Source: Barthelona sp. PAP020
Lineage: Eukaryota
DNA: 64,000 nucleotides
Reading direction: 5' to 3'
Assembly: GCA_040182905.1 (NCBI GenBank)
Contig: JARQWU010000011.1
Span: 62,001 to 126,000, forward strand
The translations under genes were made by a program, and so were the position numbers. Positions within the stretch are counted from its first letter, which is position 1; the number at the start of each line of letters is the position of its first letter. A model generated the notes under the pieces. The model was not told the origin of the DNA. It ran no database searches and saw only the letters and a program-made list of their open reading frames with translations. Positions 1 to 9,974 of this stretch are shown piece after piece.

Positions 1-1
1 A

Positions 2-1147
2 GAAGAATGTCGTAGCTGTTTGAATGCTGGTTGGGGTGGTGTTGTTATGAAAACTGCTTTTGATGGTGAGCATATTCATATTCCAAGTGATTATATGGGT
101 CTTATGGACGAAAACACTTATTCCAATTGTGATAATGTTTCAGGTCATCCTTTATCTAGAGTTATTGAAGAAGTTGCCATTCTTAAGAGAGAATATCCCG
201 ATCGTATTATTATGGCTTCAACTGGTGGTCCTTTGACTGGCACTGATGAGCATAATCGTGCAGGATGGCAGAAGAATGTTGCTATTCTTCAAAATGCCGG
301 TGTTGATGCTGTAGAATTATCTTTAAGTTGTCCTTCTGGTGGTGAAGGTGGTGAAGGAGAAATCGCTTCTCAGAGCGCTGCATTGACTGCCAAAATTGTT
401 GATTGGGTTTTGGAAGGTTCTGATGGTGTTTCTCCTATCTTATTCAAATTGACTGGTGCTGTGACTTCTATCGAGAAAATTGCTAGCGCTTGCAAGTCTG
501 CATTTGAAAAACACCCCACTAAACCCGCTGGTATCACTCTTGCAAATAGTTTCCCTGCTGCTCAATTTGTTGAATTTAATCGCAACAAAAAGACTGGCCA
601 TTATCAAGGACGTACTGTTGGTCTTCATGGTCAAGGAGTTGTTCATATTTCTTATAAATCTTTGGCCAACGCTTGTCAATATGGTCTTGAAACTTCTGGT
701 AATGGTGGAGTCATGAATTATTTCCATGCTGCTAACTTCCTTGCTTTGGGGGTTAATTCAGTTCAATGTTGTACATTGCCCACAAAGGAAGGTGTTGAAG
801 TTATTGATGATCTTTGTTATGGTCTTTCACATTGGTTGGCAATGGAAGGTTTGAATTCCGTTGATGAATTAAAAGGCAGAGCTGTTGAAGAACCCTTAAC
901 TGGTTTCCTTGATCTTAGTCCCGTCAAACGTATTTCTGAACATGATATGAGCCTTTGTGTTGAATGTGGAAATTGTAAGCGTTGCCCTTACATGGCAATT
1001 GATTTGAGAGTCATTGATGGAAAATATACTTTGGAGACTGATGCTTCCAAATGTATCGGTTGTTCCATTTGCGTTTTGAAATGTCCTGCTGATGCCATGT
1101 ATATGCGTGATAGAACCCCAGAGGAGTTAGAAGTTTGTCCTGAATAA
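2..1147 (+). CDS. DPYD: Dihydropyrimidine dehydrogenase, FMN/DHOD-like domain plus C-terminal 2x[4Fe-4S]; 5'-truncated by the window
   Basis: Frame is open from base 2 (EECRSCLNAGWGGVVMKT). Motifs SLSCP (catalytic Cys loop), FKLT, ANSF, SGNGG, CVECGNC and CIGCSICVLKCP. Confidence 0.85.
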   Translation, partial: EECRSCLNAGWGGVVMKTAFDGEHIHIPSDYMGLMDENTYSNCDNVSGHPLSRVIEEVAILKREYPDRIIMASTGGPLTGTDEHNRAGWQKNVAILQNAGVDAVELSLSCPSGGEGGEGEIASQSAALTAKIVDWVLEGSDGVSPILFKLTGAVTSIEKIASACKSAFEKHPTKPAGITLANSFPAAQFVEFNRNKKTGHYQGRTVGLHGQGVVHISYKSLANACQYGLETSGNGGVMNYFHAANFLALGVNSVQCCTLPTKEGVEVIDDLCYGLSHWLAMEGLNSVDELKGRAVEEPLTGFLDLSPVKRISEHDMSLCVECGNCKRCPYMAIDLRVIDGKYTLETDASKCIGCSICVLKCPADAMYMRDRTPEELEVCPE

Positions 1148-1540
1148 TTTGGATTTTTGATAAACGTTATTATGATTTGTTTCTTTTTTTAATAAAATTT
1201 TGTCTATTTTCAGAAAGGACAGGAGTGGAAAAGTTGAAATGATATTTTCTAAAATAAAAGGCACAGAAAATTGTTTGTTTATCAGTTACACAGACTTGAA
1301 TGTCTTTTTACCATTTGGTAGATTTTTCCTTTTCAAAATTTGACAAGTTATCAAACAAATAAATTTATTTCAAAGAAGGAGAGGAGAAAGAATGAATTTT
1401 TGAGAAGTTTTATAAAAACTCACAAGAGATGAAAGTATACAATTCAATGCTGACCATCAAGTTTGAAAAATTGAAAGAAAATTAACAAACATTGTTTTTT
1501 CCGTTATAATTTTTTAGGTTTTAACTCTTATTTTGAACAA

Positions 1541-1692
1541 GTCATTTCCAGGACAAGAAACATTGTGAATAAGAAAGAATAGTTTTTATTTGGCTGAAAG
1601 CTTTTGATTCTTATTGATCTTTGGAAACAATCAATTTTCCAAAAGTGAAAGAAACTTTAAAATTTTGTTTTTTCCACATACAAAAGAAAGGC
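1541..1692 (+). repeat. Older, diverged tandem copy of the first half of dispersed repeat family R1
   Basis: CATTTCCAGGACAAGAAACATTGTG...TTATTGATCT...CTTTAAAATTTTG...ATACAAAA aligns by eye with 1703-1870. Confidence 0.5.
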
Positions 1693-1702
1693 ACAAAAAT
1701 AA

Positions 1703-2024
1703 TTATTTCCAGGCCAAGAAGCACTGTGCGTATGAGTGAATAAAAAAGAATAGTATCTATTTGGTTAAAGGCTTTCGAGGCCCGATTAATCTGTTGAAAA
1801 ACTTTAGATTTTCTAAGGTAAAGTTTAACCTTTAAAATTTTGCTTTTGCAAAAATACAAAAAAAATCGGAATGAAGAATTTCTCCGAAATTCTCCTACTT
1901 GATCATTCCAATTACATTTCAGTCCCTCAATCCTCCTGGGAATTTGACTGAAATTTGCTAGAATGAGTTTTCTGAGTTTACTTTCTTTGTAAATAAATAT
2001 AGTTGTTTCACAACTTGACCAATT
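1703..2024 (+). repeat. Dispersed ~320 bp repeat R1, copy 1
   Basis: Colinear with 27676-27998, roughly 90% identical by eye (e.g. GCCAAGAAGCACTGTGCGTATGAGTGAATAAAA and TGACTGAAATTTGCTAGAATGAG). Confidence 0.9.
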
Positions 2025-2294
2025 GTTTCATAACACATTTTTCAAATACCTTCGAGGAGAACAAACGTTGGATGGGCAAAGGTAAGACAAATTCTTGACT
2101 TCGAAGCATGCTAAAAACTATTTATGTTTTCCTTTTTTTTTAACCCAGGCAAAGCATCTAATCATAAAATCATAACAATAAATTTTATTTTATTTTATTT
2201 ATTTTTTTTTTATTTTTTATTTTTATTCCTATTTTTACACACTTGACTTTGTAAATTTTTAAAGCTACACGCAATTTGCATCTGTCAATTTTTT

Positions 2295-2840
2295 TCAAAA
2301 GAATTGCACTGGAAATGAAAGATCCTTTTTTTGAAAAACCACATCATCATCATCTGATTTTCCAATGCATAAACACAATCCACAAAATACTTCACCATTA
2401 TTGCCAAACCTAGCTGTAATTTCTGGTTCTCCAAATGAAGCAAGTGCAACAGGAACTGAATCATAACCAAGTCCCTTTGCAGTCAGTATCATACTCATTG
2501 AAGCAAAACCAACATCAAAATTATGCAATTTAATCCAGTCATCAGAGACTCTATCAAGAAATATATATATCACACATGGAGCATTATAAAACACAGGGTC
2601 AGCATAATCTTTTGTGGATTTTGGCAATAAAACATCTGGAATTCTCTGAAGAATAGCAGTGGACAATTCATTGTTAATAATATTGTCACAACACACTTTA
2701 AATCGCCAGTCTTGTCGATTGCATGCAGTAGGAGAACATACTGCTGATTTCATGATGATATCAAGGTGGTGTTTGGGAATTGCTTGAGACTGAAATTTTC
2801 GACAGGACCTTCTTGATTGAATAATTTCAATAAAATCCAT
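2295..2840 (-). CDS. Nitroreductase family flavoprotein
   Basis: IIQSRRSCRKF, SPTACNRQDWRF, FYNAP, DVGFASMSMILTAKGLGYDS. First ATG at 2840. Confidence 0.9.
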   Translation of the reverse strand: MDFIEIIQSRRSCRKFQSQAIPKHHLDIIMKSAVCSPTACNRQDWRFKVCCDNIINNELSTAILQRIPDVLLPKSTKDYADPVFYNAPCVIYIFLDRVSDDWIKLHNFDVGFASMSMILTAKGLGYDSVPVALASFGEPEITARFGNNGEVFCGLCLCIGKSDDDDVVFQKKDLSFPVQFF

Positions 2841-3186
2841 TTGAACACTCAAAAAAATGCAAATACCATAAACATCGTCTTCAACAAAAACTTGATCAAA
2901 ATTTGAAAGATATTGAATTTAAAATAAAGTTTTTTTAATCAAAATCATAAAATTACATCATATTTAACACTATATTTTGTTTTTTAATGGAAAATTTTAA
3001 AATAAAAAATAGTTAGAAAATTCTTTCATTCTTTCGTTGCATTTATGGTTTTCAAAATGAAAATTTAACTCAAAAGTAGGACAATAAATGTGTAAAATTT
3101 ATTAATCTTCTTTGAAATGGTATTATTTAACTGTTTGAAACAGTGAAAAAGAAAAAAATTCCGTTGTTTATTGACTAGTATTTAAG

Positions 3187-6100
3187 TTAAATTAAAGGTT
3201 GCAATATATCAAAAGCACCTGTACCAACTTTAACAGGTTCACCAACTGTAATTCTTGCAGCAGGCGTTTTCATGTCATCCATTTCTTGACCTTGAGCTGC
3301 TGATTTGAGGAAATTACATGTTGTTTCAAACGACATCTTCAACAAAGGTGATGAATGAACAGCAATACCCTGTCTATTGAAAGGATTGAACTCACCATTA
3401 AATGTCATAAAATCAGCGGCCAATGAAAGGTGTCTCGTATCAACAGTAATACCATAAACACCAAACACATTACTAATTTGATTAACAATTGATTGTCTGG
3501 CTGCTTCAACACCATAAGTTAACAATATTTGGTAAATGTCATTTGAGTCAATTTTATTGACATCAAATGCATCATCATGCATAGCCAATTTATGAATAGC
3601 TTCAAAATTGACACCTTCAGTTTGAAGATTGATTTTGTTGATGCCATCTTCCAAAGTCTCAACCACAAAACATTGACCAATATTTTCAATTTCACGAACA
3701 GCAATACCTGCAGCTATCTTTTCAATAACAGAGACCAACAAAATCTTAGGAGCTGAAATAGGTATTCCCAAAACAATCTTATAGCGCTTTCTGTTAACTT
3801 CATGGTCTCTCAACATTTTATTGCTGGTTTTGAAGCTTGATGTGTGATTTAATGATCTAAAAATTGTTTTACATAACAAAGGCAAGAAGTCCTTTTCCAA
3901 CACATTAACTAACTCATCTCTATATTCACAATCTTCTAAATCAATCTTAATCGTATAAACACGTTGCTTTTCATCTTTGTCAACAGTTTCAACAACCTTA
4001 AACCCATTCCAAGCATTATCTAAACTAATTCGACGAATTTCATTGGCACGTCGTTGAGCTTGCTCATAACTAAGATCAAGGGGAATAGTCATCATAGGTG
4101 TGGAGATTTGCTTGGAAGCTGACATCAATATTTCTTTTAAACGTGGAATACCCAATGTAACATTGACAGCACCATGCCCAGCAAGATGGAAAGTGTTCAA
4201 AGTCATTTGTGTTGCAGGTTCTCCTAATGATTGTGCAGCTAAAACACCCACAGCCATTCCAGGGTCAGCCAATGAAGTTAAATATTTAACATATAACAAC
4301 GTACGAACTTGACGCACAGAAACACCAAATCTGCTTAATTTATCCTCGTTTTTATTCAAATAGTCAGTCATTTTTAAGAAGAACTTTTCGGAAACTGCAC
4401 CAATATGTCCAGATGGACTGTATAAACTTAAGACTGGATCCGGAATATCCTTATTTTTAACAATTCTTTTGGCAATCTTTTTATGATATTTGTGAGCTGA
4501 AGTTGAATCTGTAAATACTTCAGATAATCTTCCTGGATTATATTTATGCATTAAAGCAGGTACGTTATCCGTCAAAAAGTCAAAATTATACAAATAACTT
4601 GTTTCTTGAGGATTAATACAATCTTCACCAAAAAGGAATTGTATGATACTACCATCGGAATCACGAATTGAATGATCATAACCAATGCTTAAACTCTCCA
4701 TGCCTTTCAAAACACAACGTTGTAAGTATCCAGAAGTAGCTGTTTTAACGGCGGTATCGACTAAACCTTCTCTACCGGCCATACAATGGAAATAATAATG
4801 TGTAGCTGGTAATCCAGTAAGGAAACGACTGGATACAAAACCACCAGCAGATGGGTGCATATCATAAGGCAAAAACGCCGGCAAAGATTTACCAGATTGC
4901 ATTATAGGTACACGTCTACCTTCCAAAGCCTGTTGTCCCAATAAACAACAAATTTGTGAAAAATTGACCATGGAACCTTTGGCACCTGTTGATGTCATTA
5001 ATCCAAAAAAGTTACGTGGAAACGGTTTCAACAAACCTTTTGGCAACATTTCTGCAATAATTGTGGAAGTAGTTTTATTCAAAGTTGCTGAATATCTAGA
5101 ATCGATTTTAGCATGCATTTCAGGTGAACCGTAAACCTTTGGTAACTCTCTCGTCACTTTTCTAATGTTGGGAAGTTTTTCATTAAATTTTCCCTTCATT
5201 TCATCAACTTCCTTGATAAACTTTTTGCAAACATCAACACCAACTCCATATACCGATTGAATTATGTTCTTTCTTTCATTTTCTGTTTCCATAGAGGTAA
5301 CCATATCTTCAATACCAACAGTGAAACCATACGATTGTAAGTATAATGTCAATACACGACCAAAAGCACTTAACATAGCATTAGCTGCTTTTGGAGAGTA
5401 TAATTCATAACATGCATGAACCAAACCATTTTTTGATGCACCCAATTGACTTTTATCCAAAACACCAGTTAAAAATTCAGAATTTCTGATCAAAACTTCA
5501 CCTTCAAAAGGTCTGGGAATTACCCAACTGTTAGATTTAACTTTACACTTGGATTTCAAATTAATCAATTGATTATCAAAATGTTTTGCCAAATGCTTCA
5601 AAGAACATGTAACAATTTGCTTACCAGTATAAAATGGTTTAGGTTTCAATATTGTGGGTTGAGGAACATCTATTTTGTAAGTTTTACCAAATACTTCATC
5701 AATACACTGACAAATAATGTATAAATACCTGCAAAAATCACCTTTTGAAAGAAAACTATCGTATCTTGTCAACAAAACACCAGATACAATGTGATCTTGA
5801 ATCAAACCTCTCAAAGGAGAACCATCTTTCTTGGATACATATTGATTATCTGTGTTTGAAATCATTCGAGCTTCAACTGTGGCCAAATCATTTTGTGGAA
5901 GATGTAAATTCATTTCATCACCATCAAAATCAGCATTATATGTGGAACAGTTTGCATAATGCATTCTAATTGTACGTTGACCTGTTAAAATTTTAGCCTT
6001 ATGTGACATCATGGAAGCAGTATGTAAAGTAGGTTGACGATTGACCAACAACATGTCTCCATTTCTTAAATGCCTGTAAACTCTTTTAGGATTTTCGTTA

Positions 6101-7779
6101 TTGAATGCTAAAGTGTGAAAGGTTTCTTTTTCTGTCAACAGAGACTTGGCAAGACCCGTTCTTTTTGCTTGAGAACAGGTGCTCAAATTAATTAATCGGC
6201 CATTTGATAATTCAATAAAATTAGCACCAGGATAAACATTTGGTCCATTTTCAACAGCCGTACGCATAGATTCAACATTTAATTCTGTAACAGGTTCAGG
6301 GTATGTTAATGTTTTTGCAAAAACTTGAGGAACACCAATTTCATTGGTTAGCAAATTCACATCAGGTGAAATAACACTTCTTGCTGAATAATTCACACGT
6401 TTACCCATAATATTCATTCTGAATAAACCTTCTTTCTTTTCTAACAATTGTTTTAAGCCAGAAGGTAAATCAGGTGATCCACCACTGTCATAAAACATGT
6501 TAACATTTCTTTGAAGTTCCAAATACATTTGATAAAACTTTTTTAAAAGAGCTTGATGTTCCTTATCTTCTTTCAAAACTTGTCCAATCTTTTTGGCATC
6601 ATCAGATTGATTGATTTCATCAGCAATTGATTTTTCACGTTCTTGCATCTGATTCATTACCGTTAAAATATTTCTTTTTGCATTTAAAATCTTCAACAAA
6701 GTGGTATTTTGACTATGATCAAACGATTTTCCATCAAAAAATGAAGGAGGTCTCAATTTGTTAGGAGGGACTAAAACAGAAGATAAAAAGAAAAATCGAT
6801 GGTCAAAATGATTGTCGATTTTTTTATTTTTAGTAATATTGCACCATAATGCTTTAAAAACATCCAACTCGTTGTTGAAAAATTCTTGTAATCTTTGAGA
6901 AACAATAGATGGGGCAATATACTTTGGTCTTGATAAAGCAGGATCTTCAACATCAAATGATTTGTAAGTACGTGTTGAAAGAACAAACTCATCGGGTCTT
7001 AAACCCATATTGAACAAAGTCTTTAATGTCTTCACAGAATATTTCAAAAAAATTCTTGCATCTTTGTCCTTTGTCAATTCAGGTTGAGTAGCATGACAAT
7101 GTTGACATTTTCCCTTCAATTGATTGAATGAATTGAAAAATTCATTCACTACTTTCAAACGAAACTCATTAATTTGTCTATTCTTCATAAGTCCATTTTC
7201 ACTAATCTTTTCCATAGCTTCATTGTAAAAACTAGCTAACATTGTGGTTTTATCCATCATTTCAAGATTTTCATCATCATCATCATCTTCTTCTTCTTCC
7301 ATTTCTTCCTCAGAAGATTGTTTTTTTCGATGGTAAACTCTTCTTGTTTTGGGCATTTCTTGAATTTCTTCAAACTCTTTAATCATACCAGCATCTAAAC
7401 AGCGTAAACCAACAACTAATCTTTGTAAATTTTCATCACTAAGCAAAAATCTTTTGCAATTCCAACACATGCATTTTAATAATTTGAACAAATTATTAAA
7501 CAATGGAGGATAATAGACTGGTGTAGTAGTTAAATCAATATGACCAACATGACCAGGACAAGAAAATCCATTCAATTTGCATGTTTCACATGTTCCACTC
7601 TGATCAACTGGCCCCATTCTAGAATCATAAAGCCCCTGGGGTATTGGTTGATTCAATGCATCATAAATTATGGGATTCGTAATTTCGACAACAGAAAGTT
7701 TCTTAATCTCTTCAGGTGTGTAATGTCTAAACGACATACCATTAATATGAGTCGATATAGGGGTTCTGAAATACTGCAT
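3187..7779 (-). CDS. RPA1: RNA polymerase I largest subunit
   Basis: CxxC...CPGHVGHI zinc site, NADFDGDEMN active site, Pol I-type NRQPTLH and RMHYANC. Confidence 0.95.
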   Translation of the reverse strand: MQYFRTPISTHINGMSFRHYTPEEIKKLSVVEITNPIIYDALNQPIPQGLYDSRMGPVDQSGTCETCKLNGFSCPGHVGHIDLTTTPVYYPPLFNNLFKLLKCMCWNCKRFLLSDENLQRLVVGLRCLDAGMIKEFEEIQEMPKTRRVYHRKKQSSEEEMEEEEDDDDDENLEMMDKTTMLASFYNEAMEKISENGLMKNRQINEFRLKVVNEFFNSFNQLKGKCQHCHATQPELTKDKDARIFLKYSVKTLKTLFNMGLRPDEFVLSTRTYKSFDVEDPALSRPKYIAPSIVSQRLQEFFNNELDVFKALWCNITKNKKIDNHFDHRFFFLSSVLVPPNKLRPPSFFDGKSFDHSQNTTLLKILNAKRNILTVMNQMQEREKSIADEINQSDDAKKIGQVLKEDKEHQALLKKFYQMYLELQRNVNMFYDSGGSPDLPSGLKQLLEKKEGLFRMNIMGKRVNYSARSVISPDVNLLTNEIGVPQVFAKTLTYPEPVTELNVESMRTAVENGPNVYPGANFIELSNGRLINLSTCSQAKRTGLAKSLLTEKETFHTLAFNNENPKRVYRHLRNGDMLLVNRQPTLHTASMMSHKAKILTGQRTIRMHYANCSTYNADFDGDEMNLHLPQNDLATVEARMISNTDNQYVSKKDGSPLRGLIQDHIVSGVLLTRYDSFLSKGDFCRYLYIICQCIDEVFGKTYKIDVPQPTILKPKPFYTGKQIVTCSLKHLAKHFDNQLINLKSKCKVKSNSWVIPRPFEGEVLIRNSEFLTGVLDKSQLGASKNGLVHACYELYSPKAANAMLSAFGRVLTLYLQSYGFTVGIEDMVTSMETENERKNIIQSVYGVGVDVCKKFIKEVDEMKGKFNEKLPNIRKVTRELPKVYGSPEMHAKIDSRYSATLNKTTSTIIAEMLPKGLLKPFPRNFFGLMTSTGAKGSMVNFSQICCLLGQQALEGRRVPIMQSGKSLPAFLPYDMHPSAGGFVSSRFLTGLPATHYYFHCMAGREGLVDTAVKTATSGYLQRCVLKGMESLSIGYDHSIRDSDGSIIQFLFGEDCINPQETSYLYNFDFLTDNVPALMHKYNPGRLSEVFTDSTSAHKYHKKIAKRIVKNKDIPDPVLSLYSPSGHIGAVSEKFFLKMTDYLNKNEDKLSRFGVSVRQVRTLLYVKYLTSLADPGMAVGVLAAQSLGEPATQMTLNTFHLAGHGAVNVTLGIPRLKEILMSASKQISTPMMTIPLDLSYEQAQRRANEIRRISLDNAWNGFKVVETVDKDEKQRVYTIKIDLEDCEYRDELVNVLEKDFLPLLCKTIFRSLNHTSSFKTSNKMLRDHEVNRKRYKIVLGIPISAPKILLVSVIEKIAAGIAVREIENIGQCFVVETLEDGINKINLQTEGVNFEAIHKLAMHDDAFDVNKIDSNDIYQILLTYGVEAARQSIVNQISNVFGVYGITVDTRHLSLAADFMTFNGEFNPFNRQGIAVHSSPLLKMSFETTCNFLKSAAQGQEMDDMKTPAARITVGEPVKVGTGAFDILQPLI

Positions 7780-7874
7780 TCAAATCCTATTACTCAAAAT
7801 CGAGAAATGAAAACAACAATTTTTCCCCTAATTTTTTGGCGTTTGATATCTCTTTTTTTCCCACCAATTCTCAA

Positions 7875-9497
7875 ATGTCTGTGTCATTAAACGGTCAACG
7901 TACCACCGGAAAATCTGTAAGGGAGACAAATATGCAAGCTGCAATTGCTATTGCCAACATTATTAAAACTTCCCTTGGTCCAAGAGGTATGGATAAGCTT
8001 ATTGTTGATAATCTTGGTGAAGTTCTTGTTACTAATGATGGAGCTACAATGCTTAAACAAATGGAAGTCGAACACCCCGCTGCAAAAGTTTTGGTTCAAA
8101 TTTCTGCAAATCAAGATGAAGCTGTTGGTGATGGTACTACTTCTGTTGTTTTAGTAGCTACTGAATTATTGAAAAAAGCTGGTAATTTGATTGACGAAGG
8201 TGTCCATCCTACTACTATTATTAGAGGTTATCGTAAGGCTCAAGAATTGGCTGTAAGATATATTTTAGATGAATTGTCAGTTTCTTCTTCTGGAATTGGT
8301 CACGAAGCCTTGATGAATGTTGCTCGTACGACTTTGTCTTCAAAAATTGTTGGTGCTGCCTCCGAATTTTTCTGCAATATGGTTGTTAATGCTATTACTG
8401 CTGTTAAAGTTGAACATCCTTTCTTCGGTACCACTTATCCTGTTGATGCCATTTCTATCCTCAAAATTCATGGTCGTTCAAGTACCGAATCAGAACACGT
8501 CACTGGTATTGCCCTTAGAAACTATCGTGCTCATTTACAAATGCCTGTTCGTGTTCATAATGCCAGAATTGCATTACTTGATCAAAATGTTTCAACTGGA
8601 AGAATGAAAATGGGTGTTAAGATTCTTATCAATGACTCAAAGGAATTGGAGAATGTTAGACAACATGAAGTTGCTATGTTAAAGAATAGAATGGATCTTA
8701 TTATTGCCGCTGGAGTTAATTGTATTATTTCTACCGGTTCTATTGATGATGCTGCTCAAAAGTATATGATTGAACATGGTATTCTTGGTATTCGTCGTGT
8801 AACAAAGAATGAACTTAGACGTATTGCCAAGGCAACTGGTGGTAAGGTTGTTTCCTCTTTGGCTAATCTTGAAGGTGACATGTCTTTTGATGATGCTTAT
8901 GTTGGTGAGGCTAAATTAGTTCATCAAAGAAGAGTTGGTGATGATGACATGATTTTCATTGAAGGAGCTAAAAGTCAATCTGCCAGTTCTATTCTCTTAA
9001 GAGGACCTAATGAGCAAATGCTTGATGAAATGGAAAGATCTATTCATGATGCTTTGTCTTCTGTTCGTCGTACATTAGAATCTGATGCTGTTGTTTGTGG
9101 TGGTGGATCTGCTGAAGCTGCTTGTGCCATGTATCTCGAAAAAATTGCCTCACAAGTATCTGATCGTGAACAATTGGCTATTCAAGAGTTTGCTGAAGCT
9201 TTACTTGTCATTCCTAAGACATTGGCTTCTAATGCTGCCTTTGATTCAACTGAACTTACTGCCCAACTTTGTGCTGTTCACAATGAATGGCAAAATGGCA
9301 AAATTGAAAATGAAGATGCTAAATATACCGGATTGGATCTGGTCAATAATTGTGTTGCTAACAACTTGGAAAGAGGTGTTCTCGAACCTTCAATGAGCAA
9401 GACAAAATCTCTCACCTTTGCCACAGAAGCAGCTATTGCTATTTTACGTATTGATGATTCTATTGTAATTAATCCTAAACAAGAGGAACAACGGTAA
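7875..9497 (+). CDS. CCT1: T-complex protein 1 alpha (CCT/TRiC subunit 1)
   Basis: SLGPRGMDK, TNDGAT, GDGTTSV; alpha-type YPVDAISILKIHG and LDEMERSIHDAL. ATG at 7875. Confidence 0.9.
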   Translation: MSVSLNGQRTTGKSVRETNMQAAIAIANIIKTSLGPRGMDKLIVDNLGEVLVTNDGATMLKQMEVEHPAAKVLVQISANQDEAVGDGTTSVVLVATELLKKAGNLIDEGVHPTTIIRGYRKAQELAVRYILDELSVSSSGIGHEALMNVARTTLSSKIVGAASEFFCNMVVNAITAVKVEHPFFGTTYPVDAISILKIHGRSSTESEHVTGIALRNYRAHLQMPVRVHNARIALLDQNVSTGRMKMGVKILINDSKELENVRQHEVAMLKNRMDLIIAAGVNCIISTGSIDDAAQKYMIEHGILGIRRVTKNELRRIAKATGGKVVSSLANLEGDMSFDDAYVGEAKLVHQRRVGDDDMIFIEGAKSQSASSILLRGPNEQMLDEMERSIHDALSSVRRTLESDAVVCGGGSAEAACAMYLEKIASQVSDREQLAIQEFAEALLVIPKTLASNAAFDSTELTAQLCAVHNEWQNGKIENEDAKYTGLDLVNNCVANNLERGVLEPSMSKTKSLTFATEAAIAILRIDDSIVINPKQEEQR

Positions 9498-9974
9498 TTT
9501 AAATAAAAGCATTGACTTTTGTTATTTACAATTTCTTTATAAATTTTAATTATGATTGAAAAGAAAATATAGGTAATTAATTGATAAATGATCTGCTGTT
9601 GTAATAACTTTCTCTTAAAAAGAAAAAAAAGCAACAACCTATCGAACCTCAATTGAACCAACAGTTCTAACTTGGCAATGACCCATACTCAAACAATTAG
9701 TGTGCAAAGATAATAAAATTACCCATAAAGCTGAAAGAGGACTTAAGTACCAAGTAAAAAAAATTATTGAGAGTGGGAAATAAAAAGAAAAAAACTTTCC
9801 AATTCATTTCATGAATTCTTTGCAACATTTATATTTCTGATTTGTATTGAACAAGCAAATTTTAGCTTCTGATCGATTCTTTTTTGTGGAGAAAAAATCT
9901 CGGATAAATTTTTTGTAGGAATGTTGGGAGATAAATTTTGTTCTTTACAACATTTTTTCTTGTCAAGAATACAA

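Noticed and set aside
1611..1859. Similar short minus-strand ORFs at 1611-1859 and 27636-27893 as a gene family
   Set aside because: They are by-products of repeat R1, with non-ATG or inconsistent starts and frameshifts between copies.
2065..2080. ACGTTGGATGGGCAAA resembling the tandem unit of the tRNA-linked element
   Set aside because: Only a 16-nt gapped match, with no core sequence or tRNA nearby.
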